A stretch of 64,000 nt of DNA from Diplonema japonicum (Eukaryota; Protista; Euglenozoa: Diplonemea). The notes below the pieces were generated by a model, which did not search any database, was not told where the DNA came from, and saw nothing but the letters and a program-made list of their open reading frames with translations. The stretch lies in contig OZ025716.1 in NCBI GenBank assembly GCA_964019335.1, positions 1 to 64,000 of the forward strand. The letters run 5' to 3'. A program made the translations under genes and the position numbers. This document shows, piece after piece, positions 55,185 to 64,000 of this stretch; position 1 is the first letter of the stretch, and each line of letters opens with the position of its first letter.

Positions 55185-57107
55185 ATGCACGCTGTTGGGG
55201 CACTGCTTGTTGCCCTGCTGTTCCCCCTTCATGCTTGGGCAGCCACCATCACCTTGCGTGTCACTACAGGGTCAGACTGGCTGGCTGGTTCTTCTTACAC
55301 CTTCACCCCAACTGTACACTCTTCGTCTGCAAGCTGCACTGCTACATCCATCTCGGATCCAGATGGTGACGATGTGAACACTGTGACTGCATCGTGCTCC
55401 TTCGCAGCGGCTGATATCTCTCAGGTGAGGATACCCAATATGGGTAGTAACGCATGGCAAGTTGCTAAAATGGAGCTCCAGATCAATGGGGCGTGGATGC
55501 TGCTGTGGGCTGTGAACCTGTCCCCTCCTGCCTTCGAGACTTGGATTGACGATGATGGTGGATCGCCCGAGCATGCCACAGGGATCTGGGAGATGCTCCC
55601 CTTGCGGATGCACTTCACCACCCAGTCTATCACCAACGCTGGGTCCGGTGCCACCTTCACCCCAAGCTTCATCTCCACAAGCAGTGCCACCTGTGCAGGG
55701 ACATCCATTGCCGCCCCTGCACAGGGGGCAAGTTACTGGAGTGTTGCCGGTTGCTGGGCACTGTCCACCCTTGCGCGTGTTGAGATCACTTCCCCCAGTT
55801 CTGACTCTTGGGAAGTGCAAAAGGCCTCCATCGACAGGGGGGGTGGCACACTTGAGCAGTGGGTGGCCACCAACCAGGCCCCTCCCTCGCTGACACCCAT
55901 CATCGACGATGACGACCTTACAGAGTACAAGAAGGCCGTCCTGCAGGCACCGAACATCAAGGTCCGCATTGTCACAGCAGCCACTCCGGCCAGTGCTGAT
56001 TGTATTTACACGTTTGCACCTAAGTTCATCTCGAAGACAAGTGTCGTCTGTGATGGGTCAGGGGTTGTAGCGCCAGGACTGGGGAGCAGCATCCTGTCTC
56101 TGGGTGTGTGCTCCTTCCCTCCTGAGGACCTTGAGCGGGTGGAGATATCTCAGCAAGGTAATGACGGCTGGGACATCTCTGAGCTGTATGTTGAAGTGGC
56201 TTCTGTTGAGCAGCAATGGTGGGCCATCAATGAGTCACCTGCGGCACGTAGCACTGTTGTGGATGGGGATGGTGCCACTCGGTACCTCAAGGCTATCTTT
56301 GCCTCTCTCATCACACCAGCTCCTGCAACACCTGCCCCAGCAACACCGTCTCCAGCTACGCCTGCCCCATCAACACCAGCACCAGCAACACCGGCCCCAG
56401 CAACATCAGCACCTTCAACACCGGCTCCAGCAACACCTGCACCGGCAACACCAGCACCTTCAACACCGGCCCCTGCAACCGGAATACCTGGCGTACCTCC
56501 GACTCTGGCGCCTCCAACTGCAACCCCAACAAACCCCCCTGACACGCTAGCTCCTGCGACCTCTGCTCCTTCCACACCTGCCCCGGCAACATCAGCACCT
56601 TCCACTCCTATTCCAGCAACACCGTCTCCAGCAACGCCTGCACCAGCAACACCAGCACCTGCAACCGGAATACCTGGCATCCCCCCGACACTGGTGCCTC
56701 CAACTGCAACCCCAACACCTGACACACAGGCTCCTGCGACCTCTGCTCCTTCCACACCCGCTCCTGCCACTTCAGCCCCCTCCACTCCAGCTCCTGCTAC
56801 GTCTGCACCCAAAACACCTTCACCGGCCACTCTTTCCCCAAGAACACAAGTGCCTGCGACAGGGGCACCAGCAACAGTCTCGCCGAGAACGCCTTCACCG
56901 TCTTGGGTCCCCCCCCAACTGACGATGACACCGACATCGACCTGGACGAGGGCCCCGCCGACATTGACGACTGCCTGGGCAAGGGCATCTGCCACGTCTA
57001 CAACGGGACATATCAATGCTGGAAGGGTGTATGCCACTACTGCGGCGGGAACATCACAAAGAACAACCCAGCACAGACCTGCATATTACCAGACTGCAAA
57101 AGGGTAA
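55185..57107 (+). CDS. Surface protein paralog 4, truncated in the stalk at 56901 and fused out of frame to LINE B sequence (no TM tail)
   Basis: Signal peptide, 3 head domains and stalk; junction ..CCTTCACCGT|CTTGGGTCCCC. Its ~105-bp 5' flank is shared with paralog 3. Confidence 0.75.
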   Translation: MHAVGALLVALLFPLHAWAATITLRVTTGSDWLAGSSYTFTPTVHSSSASCTATSISDPDGDDVNTVTASCSFAAADISQVRIPNMGSNAWQVAKMELQINGAWMLLWAVNLSPPAFETWIDDDGGSPEHATGIWEMLPLRMHFTTQSITNAGSGATFTPSFISTSSATCAGTSIAAPAQGASYWSVAGCWALSTLARVEITSPSSDSWEVQKASIDRGGGTLEQWVATNQAPPSLTPIIDDDDLTEYKKAVLQAPNIKVRIVTAATPASADCIYTFAPKFISKTSVVCDGSGVVAPGLGSSILSLGVCSFPPEDLERVEISQQGNDGWDISELYVEVASVEQQWWAINESPAARSTVVDGDGATRYLKAIFASLITPAPATPAPATPSPATPAPSTPAPATPAPATSAPSTPAPATPAPATPAPSTPAPATGIPGVPPTLAPPTATPTNPPDTLAPATSAPSTPAPATSAPSTPIPATPSPATPAPATPAPATGIPGIPPTLVPPTATPTPDTQAPATSAPSTPAPATSAPSTPAPATSAPKTPSPATLSPRTQVPATGAPATVSPRTPSPSWVPPQLTMTPTSTWTRAPPTLTTAWARASATSTTGHINAGRVYATTAAGTSQRTTQHRPAYYQTAKG

Positions 57108-60100
57108 AATGCCGCGGGTGCGAACAATGCGAACAATGACTCCATGAGGGCTCCCCCCAAACCCACCCCCCAAACCCATTCCCTCCGCCCCGTTCCCATC
57201 CTTCCAAATACAATCCGATACGCTTATCTGACATGAAATTTGAACGTCTCACCGAACAGGGTATCGAACCCCACCCCGGACCAGAGCCAGAACACGAGAA
57301 ATTCACCATTTTCACACACAACGGCTCATCACTTAACAACAGGCTGAGCGAGTACTCCACCGTCCTCCCGGACGCATTCTGCATCCAGGAGACAGCCCTC
57401 ACGGCTCAGACGCAGCTGGAAATCGAACACGTGCTGAGAGACGATGACTGGGGCAAACGATACGCCAGATTCTGGAGCAAGCCACAGCCAGGCAGGGAGT
57501 CCAGTGGTGTCACATCTCTGACGATAGCGAAACGGGGTGGTCTAGGAACCCTGGTGAAAAAACCACGTACGGCGGTGCGCTGTGAAACGAATGGGCCGCA
57601 CAGGGACAGGTGGTCACACGTGAAGATCTCACTCGATGGAAGCAAACGGTGGCTTCACCTGATCAACGTCTACTGCCACTCGGGTCAGGACCAAGCCAAG
57701 ACGAAATACCGTGAAGAGCTTCTCCACTACATCCTTTGCCGTCTTAAGTTCGAACTGGGAGACGTGCCTGTGGCCGTGGTGGGCGATTTCAACACGGACG
57801 AAGTACGATCCCCCACGTTAAGGAAAGCTATACAGACAGACTGGGTAGACGCCGCTGCGTTCTGTGCAAGAAGGGATGGTGTACAGGCGGAGGACACGTT
57901 CGTTAGGACCAACTGCAGCACGAGGATTGACAGGGTCCTGCTGAATAACATCGCGGCCCAAGGTCTCGAACATTGCGGAGTAAGCGATATGATCACCGGG
58001 TCGGACCACCGATGCTTGTCGGTGACACTCAACATCCCAGCTTTTCGTCAAGAAGTCCTGAGGTACACCATCCCACAGGAGATACCGAAGACCAAGAAGG
58101 CGCCTGGCGAGGTGGCGAAGGCACTGATGCAGAAGTCGAGGTACCGGGAGTTCATAGCAGCACAGGAGCCCACCGAAGCTTTCTCGGAGATATCAGACCT
58201 CGCAGAGGAGTACCTATTACATGGGTACAAGGGGCCGACGCGCAGCGTGTACACCGGGAGAGGCAAAGTACGGGAACCTACGAAATCGGAGCTAAGTGCG
58301 AGGTCGGCGGAGTCGGCGGTCGGAGCGGCATCGAACAGACAACAAAGACTGGAAAAGCTGAAGCACAAGATCCGCAGTGCGCAACAGCAAATGCTAAGGC
58401 TTTATGAAAACGGACACTGCGGTCCGCTGCCGGTAGAGTTACGGAACGTCCTCAGAAATATTGCGACACTAGGAGAAGAACTGAAGGTTGACAACTGCCA
58501 GGTGGACGCGACAGGGGGTATCGACGGCATCAGGGAGGAGCTGGACATAGCAGAGGACTTCGCTCAGGGAATGCTATCAGAGCTACTCCAATACCGCAAG
58601 AGAATGCAGACGAAGGCCTACGAACGCTCAGTCCGTGCTGACTTTGGGAAAGAACGCAAGCACATCACAGCCTGGGTCAGAGACCGCCCAAACCAGAGAA
58701 CGGACGTGGTTGAGGTAGCAGACGGGGGGGTGACGGCGAACCTACAGGAAATGGACAAGGTGATGCGGAACGCGTGGTCGGGCGTCTTCTGTGCGCGAAC
58801 ACTCGAGGAAGAGCCACAGTATGAGCGGTTTGCACAACGTTACGGGGACCTGATCAAGAAAGCCCCAATGGCACGGACTCCCATCACAGCAGAACAGCTG
58901 AGGGAAGTGATCAGGAAGAAGCCGGAGAAAGGAGCATGTGGCGTGGACGGTTGGCGGATGAGTGAACTGAAGCGTCTCCCAACGAGCATCCTGAAGGCTT
59001 TCGCAGACCTCTTCAACCTGATCGAGGAAACAGGCCAGTGGCCGAGACAGATCACGACAGCACTGGTGTCCCTGATTCCGAAGGGTGAGGGGTCAGCACC
59101 ACTGAATCATCGTCCCATCACAGTGACCAGCACCATCTACCGCTTGTGGGCGTGTACGAGGCTGAAGGGTGTCCTTGACTGGCAAGAACGCTGGATCACG
59201 CCGAGACAGCACGGGTTTCGACCCAAACACAGTACGACAACTGCCCTCATGGAGTTATGTACCAAGCTGGAACTAGCTCTGGTGGAAGGAGAACCGCTGG
59301 AAGGACTAGCCCTAGACTTTCGAAAATGCTTCGATCTAGTGCCACAACGGCTGTCTCTCGACCTCATGGACGCCCTGGGGATGGACCAATCCATAGGGAG
59401 AGCACTCCAAGGGATGTACACCCAAATCACAAGGAGGTTCAAGTACCCCATAGGAGTGGGAGAAACATTTGAGACAACGAACGGCATTCTCCAAGGATGC
59501 CCCCTGTCAGTCATCGTCGTCAACGCCCTGTTGTCCATCATGGTGCGGGCAGTCGAGCAAGTCGCGCCAGACGCCGAAGTGCTAGCCTACGCTGACGACG
59601 CATACCTGCTGGCAAAGCTGCGTGGCTCACTACAAGCTGCGGTCAATGGGACATTGGAGTTCTGCGACCTGACGGGGATGGAAATCAACAAGGAGAAGAC
59701 TGTTGGTTTCGGCACTGCTGAAGATTTCAAGTCGAAAGTCATAGGAAACCGAACGGAGATGAGGAAAGGCTTGGAGGTCGCGGTACCCTACAAGACGGTG
59801 ACAGACCTCTGCGGACTGGGGGTGAAGATCAACACACGCAGGACAGGAACGACGTGGAACAAACCGACCACGGGGGCGCTTGGCTCGCTGGACCGACTGG
59901 GGGGCACAAGGATTGCTTTCGAAACCAAAGCACACTTGGTCAGCACGACGGTCCTGCCATCTTGCCTATACAGTGGGCCGTTCTCCCCTCCATGTGATGA
60001 GGCACTCAAGAAGCTAACGACGAAGATCACTTGTAACCTGTGGGGCCCTCATCACCGTGGACGGTCGCCCACCGCGGTAAACACAGTCCTGCTGAAGGGG

Positions 60101-61495
60101 CACACCAATGACCCCCTTTCCTACGTAATGTACCACTCCCTGAAGGTAGTATCCGGAGCACTCGATGACAGTCGGCTACGGCAGAGATGCATGCAGATCG
60201 CTGCGGGGTATGACGCGGGTTCCATCCAGATGGGGCCGGTTGGCAACCTGGTCTGCCGGTGGCTTCCCCGAATAGGATGGAGTTGGGCGCAGCTACTAGG
60301 TTGCAACACATCTTGGGCCGAACGCGGACACATCTTTAGAGAGGTGGTGAGGAAGGCCCGAAGTAGGACGCTGGCGGTCGAGAGGAGCACGATAAGCGGG
60401 ATAGAGCCGGGGGCGGACCCCAAGACGAACCGATTATGGAGGACGGCCAAGGACCCGCTCATGTCCTACAGCCTGAGACGAGTGATCGCAGGAGGGGTTC
60501 CCTACCTAAACCCGCACGCAAATGCGAAGCGAAAGAGCGTCCCACTGGCGCCTGAAGGTGACGACAACGGTGACGACGAGGAGAACATGGGCCAGGCACC
60601 AACGACGGAGGTATCGCACACGCAAGGATTCAGATGCGACCTGTGCAAGTCTCCACACCCGGACACGGTGACCTTACTCCGCCATCAGCTGTATGAGTGC
60701 GCCTGTGCACAAGAGGAACTGGCACTAGACGGAATGGAGCCGTTGCGCAACAGATCAGGATGGCCCCTATGTCTGGAGCTGCACGCGATACTGCCGAGGG
60801 GGCATGTCTTCGCACACCTGGAGAAGCTGCAGCGATACATGGCTGTGGTGGTCGGGAAACGGGATGTGGAGCTCATGCAAATAGACAACGCCAGCACACA
60901 GCCGCTGCCGTGGGTACGCAATGTGGAGGGAAGGAGATGCCTCGTGCCAACGGCGGGGGAGCTCGAAGGAGTGGGAGGAATCGTCGCAGAATTCCTGAAC
61001 CCGCTGCTGCAGTGGTTGTCACAGCTACGATGGGTGAAGGAGGACACCAGCTCTGAAGTGTCAGCGGTGGAATTGGCCATCGACTTCGAATGGACGACAG
61101 GCAAGTTACTGGGGGGTCTGCTGGAAGATAGGGCTCGCAAGATCAAAGCACTGATAAGAAAGCTGAACGCGGCATGCAGGGCACGGAAGAAGCCACGCCC
61201 CTTCCCAGCAGATGAACAGAAGAGAGTGAAGTCCCTCATCGCAATAGGTGGGAAGACGGCTATGGGTTTCGCCAGGAGGCCCATCTTCGCCACCCACACC
61301 ACTCACGACAAGCTGATGGAACTGAAAGCCGCTTACAAGCGAGACCGCATCACACGACTCCGCAAGACGCTCAAGGCCTCGATTGGAACGAAAGCAATGC
61401 TCCAGAAGGGGAGTATAAAAAGATAACCCCCCCTAACCCACCCAAGGGCGGCCCTCCATGAGGGGGTTTGTCCTGCACTTTGAGTTTTTTTTTTT
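56902..61495 (+). mobile_element. 5'-truncated copy of LINE family B
   Basis: Identical by eye to 37094-41687 (offset 19808). Confidence 0.92.
57233..61426 (+). CDS. LINE family B ORF2 (second copy, identical protein)
   Basis: Same 1397-aa translation as 37425-41618. Confidence 0.92.
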   Translation: MKFERLTEQGIEPHPGPEPEHEKFTIFTHNGSSLNNRLSEYSTVLPDAFCIQETALTAQTQLEIEHVLRDDDWGKRYARFWSKPQPGRESSGVTSLTIAKRGGLGTLVKKPRTAVRCETNGPHRDRWSHVKISLDGSKRWLHLINVYCHSGQDQAKTKYREELLHYILCRLKFELGDVPVAVVGDFNTDEVRSPTLRKAIQTDWVDAAAFCARRDGVQAEDTFVRTNCSTRIDRVLLNNIAAQGLEHCGVSDMITGSDHRCLSVTLNIPAFRQEVLRYTIPQEIPKTKKAPGEVAKALMQKSRYREFIAAQEPTEAFSEISDLAEEYLLHGYKGPTRSVYTGRGKVREPTKSELSARSAESAVGAASNRQQRLEKLKHKIRSAQQQMLRLYENGHCGPLPVELRNVLRNIATLGEELKVDNCQVDATGGIDGIREELDIAEDFAQGMLSELLQYRKRMQTKAYERSVRADFGKERKHITAWVRDRPNQRTDVVEVADGGVTANLQEMDKVMRNAWSGVFCARTLEEEPQYERFAQRYGDLIKKAPMARTPITAEQLREVIRKKPEKGACGVDGWRMSELKRLPTSILKAFADLFNLIEETGQWPRQITTALVSLIPKGEGSAPLNHRPITVTSTIYRLWACTRLKGVLDWQERWITPRQHGFRPKHSTTTALMELCTKLELALVEGEPLEGLALDFRKCFDLVPQRLSLDLMDALGMDQSIGRALQGMYTQITRRFKYPIGVGETFETTNGILQGCPLSVIVVNALLSIMVRAVEQVAPDAEVLAYADDAYLLAKLRGSLQAAVNGTLEFCDLTGMEINKEKTVGFGTAEDFKSKVIGNRTEMRKGLEVAVPYKTVTDLCGLGVKINTRRTGTTWNKPTTGALGSLDRLGGTRIAFETKAHLVSTTVLPSCLYSGPFSPPCDEALKKLTTKITCNLWGPHHRGRSPTAVNTVLLKGHTNDPLSYVMYHSLKVVSGALDDSRLRQRCMQIAAGYDAGSIQMGPVGNLVCRWLPRIGWSWAQLLGCNTSWAERGHIFREVVRKARSRTLAVERSTISGIEPGADPKTNRLWRTAKDPLMSYSLRRVIAGGVPYLNPHANAKRKSVPLAPEGDDNGDDEENMGQAPTTEVSHTQGFRCDLCKSPHPDTVTLLRHQLYECACAQEELALDGMEPLRNRSGWPLCLELHAILPRGHVFAHLEKLQRYMAVVVGKRDVELMQIDNASTQPLPWVRNVEGRRCLVPTAGELEGVGGIVAEFLNPLLQWLSQLRWVKEDTSSEVSAVELAIDFEWTTGKLLGGLLEDRARKIKALIRKLNAACRARKKPRPFPADEQKRVKSLIAIGGKTAMGFARRPIFATHTTHDKLMELKAAYKRDRITRLRKTLKASIGTKAMLQKGSIKR

Positions 61496-61549
61496 GAAAC
61501 CTTTTGTAGCCCCCCCTTTTTTTGATCTTTTCTACTCTCAACTCTTTTC

Positions 61550-61582
<33 letters not shown>

Positions 61583-61594
61583 TGCAAAGTGAGA

Positions 61595-64000
61595 ATGAGC
61601 GCCATCAGGGCACTGCTTGTTGCCCTGCTGTTCCCCCTTCATGCTTGGGCAGCCACCATCACCTTGCGTGTCACTACGAGTACGATTGCCGACAGCGATT
61701 CACCTCACACCTTCACCCCAACTGTACACTCTTCGTCTGCAAGCTGCACTGCTACATCCATCTCAAATCCAAGTAATGGCGATGTGAACACTGTGACTGC
61801 ATCGTGCTCCTTCGCAGCGGCTGATATCTCTCAGGTGAGGATACCCAACAGCGGTCCTGACGGTTGGTACATAGCTAAAGCTGAGCTCCAGATCAATGGG
61901 GCGCGGATGCGGCTGTGGGCTGTGAACCTGTCCCCTCCTGCCTTCGAGACTTGGATTGACGATGACCCGGCCAAGCCCGATCACGCCACAGGGATCTGGG
62001 AGATGCTCCCCTTGAGGATGCACTTCACCACCCAGTCTATCACCAACGCCGAGTCCGTCTCCACCTTCACCCCAAGCTTCATCTCCACAAGCAGTGCCAC
62101 CTGTGCAGGGACATCCATTGCCGCCCCTGCACAGGGGGCAAGTTACTGGAGTGTTGCCGGTTGCTGGGCACTGTCCACCCTTGCGCGTGTTGAGATCACT
62201 TCCCCCAGTTCTGACTCTTGGGAAGTGCAAAAGGCCTCCATCGACAGGGGGGGTGGCACACTTGAGCAGTGGGTGGCCACCAACCAGGCCCCTCCCTCGC
62301 TGACACCCATCATCGACGATGACGACCTTACAGAGTACAAGAAGGCCGTCCTGCAGGCACCGAACATCAAGGTCCGCATTGTCACAGCAGCCGCTCCGTC
62401 CAGTGCTAGTTCTGTCTACACATATGCACCGAAGTTCATCTCGAAGACAAGTGTCGTCTGTGATGGGTCAAGGGTTGTAGCGCCAGGACTGGGGAGCAGC
62501 ATCCTGTCTCTGGGTGTGTGCTCCTTCCCTCCTGAGGACCTTGAGCGGGTGGAGATATCTCAGCAAGGTAATGACGGCTGGGACATCTCTGAGCTGTATG
62601 TTGAAGTGGCTTCTGTTGAGCAGCAATGGTGGGCCATCAATGAGTCACCTGCGGCACGTAGCACTGTTGTGGATGGGGATGGTGCCACTCGGTACCTCAA
62701 GGCTATCTTTGCCTCTCTCATCACACCAGCTCCTGCAACTCCGGCACCGGCAACACCTGCGCCGGCGACACCGTCTCCAGCTACGCCTGCCCCATCAACA
62801 CCTGCACCTGTGACGCCCGCACCAGCAACACCAGCACCTGCAACGCCCGCCCCTGTAACTCCCGCACCTGCAACATCAGCACCTTCAACACCAGCTCCAG
62901 CCACGCCAGCCCCTTTAACATCAGCACCAGTAACTCCGTCCCCAGATACACCTGCTCCTGCAACTCCCGCACCTGCAACATCCGCGCCTTCAACATCAGC
63001 ACCAGCAACATCCGCACCTGCTACCCCCTCTCCAACAACGCCTGCCCCGGCAACACCATCACCAGCTACTCCTGTGCCCGTGACATCTGCCCCAGCAACA
63101 CCAGCACCTTCAACAACAGTACCAGCTACACCCTCTCCAGCAACGCCTGCACCAGCAACATCCGCTCCTGCAACCGGAATACCTGGCATCCCTCCGACAC
63201 TGGCGCCTCCAACTGCAACCCCAACAAACCCTCCTGACACACAGGCTCCTGCGACCTCTGCTCCTTCGACACCTGCCCCATCAACACCAGCACCCTCCAC
63301 TCCTGCACCATCAACACCAGCACCTTCGACACCTGCCCCGGCAACACCAGCACCTGCAACTGGAATACCTGGCGTCCCTCCGACTCTGGCGCCTCCAACT
63401 GCAACCCCAACAAACCCTCCTGACACACAGGCTCCTGCGACCTCTGCTCCTTCCACACCTGCACCTGCAACATCAGCACCCTCTACTCTTGTTCCGGTAA
63501 CACCTTCTCCAGCAACACCTTCTCCTGCTACAACTGCTCCGTCAACTCCTTCACCAGCCACTCCTTCACCCTCCACTCCTTCGCCCTCCACTCCTGTCCC
63601 AGTAACTCCTTCTCCAGCAACACCAGTTCCAGTGACCCCGGTACCTTCCACCCCCAGCCCTGCAACTGCAGTTCCGTCAACCCCAGCACCCGTCACAGCG
63701 GCTCCCCATACCCCTGCGACCCTTGCTCCTGCAACTCTGTCCCCTGCTACCTTCGTCCCTGACACAATGTCGCCGCCAACAGCGTCCCCAGCCACACTTG
63801 TTCCGACAACCTCTGTCCCCACGAGCCCACCAGCAACCACCACTCCCGAAACCTTTTCCCCTGCGACCCAACCCCCAGCAACAGGCTCACCACCCACCGT
63901 GCCCCCCGCCACACCAGCACCCTCGATGCTGACACCCACCACGGGTATCCCTGCCACAGACACACCCGAGACACCAGCACCCGAGTTTGGAACAGGGGAA
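61595..64000 (+). CDS. Surface protein paralog 5 (duplicate of paralog 2), runs off the window end
   Basis: ATG at 61595 = 41787 + 19808; open to the end of the window. Confidence 0.85.
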   Translation, partial: MSAIRALLVALLFPLHAWAATITLRVTTSTIADSDSPHTFTPTVHSSSASCTATSISNPSNGDVNTVTASCSFAAADISQVRIPNSGPDGWYIAKAELQINGARMRLWAVNLSPPAFETWIDDDPAKPDHATGIWEMLPLRMHFTTQSITNAESVSTFTPSFISTSSATCAGTSIAAPAQGASYWSVAGCWALSTLARVEITSPSSDSWEVQKASIDRGGGTLEQWVATNQAPPSLTPIIDDDDLTEYKKAVLQAPNIKVRIVTAAAPSSASSVYTYAPKFISKTSVVCDGSRVVAPGLGSSILSLGVCSFPPEDLERVEISQQGNDGWDISELYVEVASVEQQWWAINESPAARSTVVDGDGATRYLKAIFASLITPAPATPAPATPAPATPSPATPAPSTPAPVTPAPATPAPATPAPVTPAPATSAPSTPAPATPAPLTSAPVTPSPDTPAPATPAPATSAPSTSAPATSAPATPSPTTPAPATPSPATPVPVTSAPATPAPSTTVPATPSPATPAPATSAPATGIPGIPPTLAPPTATPTNPPDTQAPATSAPSTPAPSTPAPSTPAPSTPAPSTPAPATPAPATGIPGVPPTLAPPTATPTNPPDTQAPATSAPSTPAPATSAPSTLVPVTPSPATPSPATTAPSTPSPATPSPSTPSPSTPVPVTPSPATPVPVTPVPSTPSPATAVPSTPAPVTAAPHTPATLAPATLSPATFVPDTMSPPTASPATLVPTTSVPTSPPATTTPETFSPATQPPATGSPPTVPPATPAPSMLTPTTGIPATDTPETPAPEFGTGE

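Larger units (their letters stand above)
56902..64000 (+). repeat. >=7.1-kb near-identical duplication of 37094-44192
   Basis: Constant offset of 19808 across the LINE, spacer, A-tract and downstream gene. One SNP noticed (C41873 versus T61681). Confidence 0.92.

Overview
Eukaryotic, almost certainly diplonemid (Euglenozoa) nuclear DNA. A 38-nt euglenozoan spliced-leader (SL) copy is present, all credible host genes lie on the + strand behind polypyrimidine-AG acceptors, and intergenic DNA is full of A/T homopolymers. Host genes are a sulfotransferase, a SAM methyltransferase, two tandem 84-aa proteins, a TPR-like ORF, a receptor adenylate cyclase with a short terminal intron, and a five-member array of surface proteins (signal peptide, 3 PLAT/LH2-like domains, Thr/Pro/Ala stalk, multi-TM tail) with hypervariable loops and swapped tails. 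Much of the window is mobile DNA. The most notable system is two divergent APE-RT non-LTR retrotransposon families (13527-19965; 34838-41687, plus a truncated copy at 56902). Both begin exactly with the SL 3' end, followed by an element-encoded anti-SL segment that folds back onto it. Both appear to end in oligo(T) rather than poly(A). Both join ORF1 to ORF2 by a single in-frame UGA followed by a 2A/StopGo-like G(V/I)xPHPGP motif. One also carries a catalytically dead OTU-like domain. Also present are three Crypton-like tyrosine-recombinase elements with a shared inverted-repeat plus terminal cruciform architecture, two MITE-like elements, a SINE-like repeat with a visible empty site, and a near-identical >=7.1-kb duplication that looks like a 3' transduction. 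All family assignments are by eye from motifs; no searches were run.
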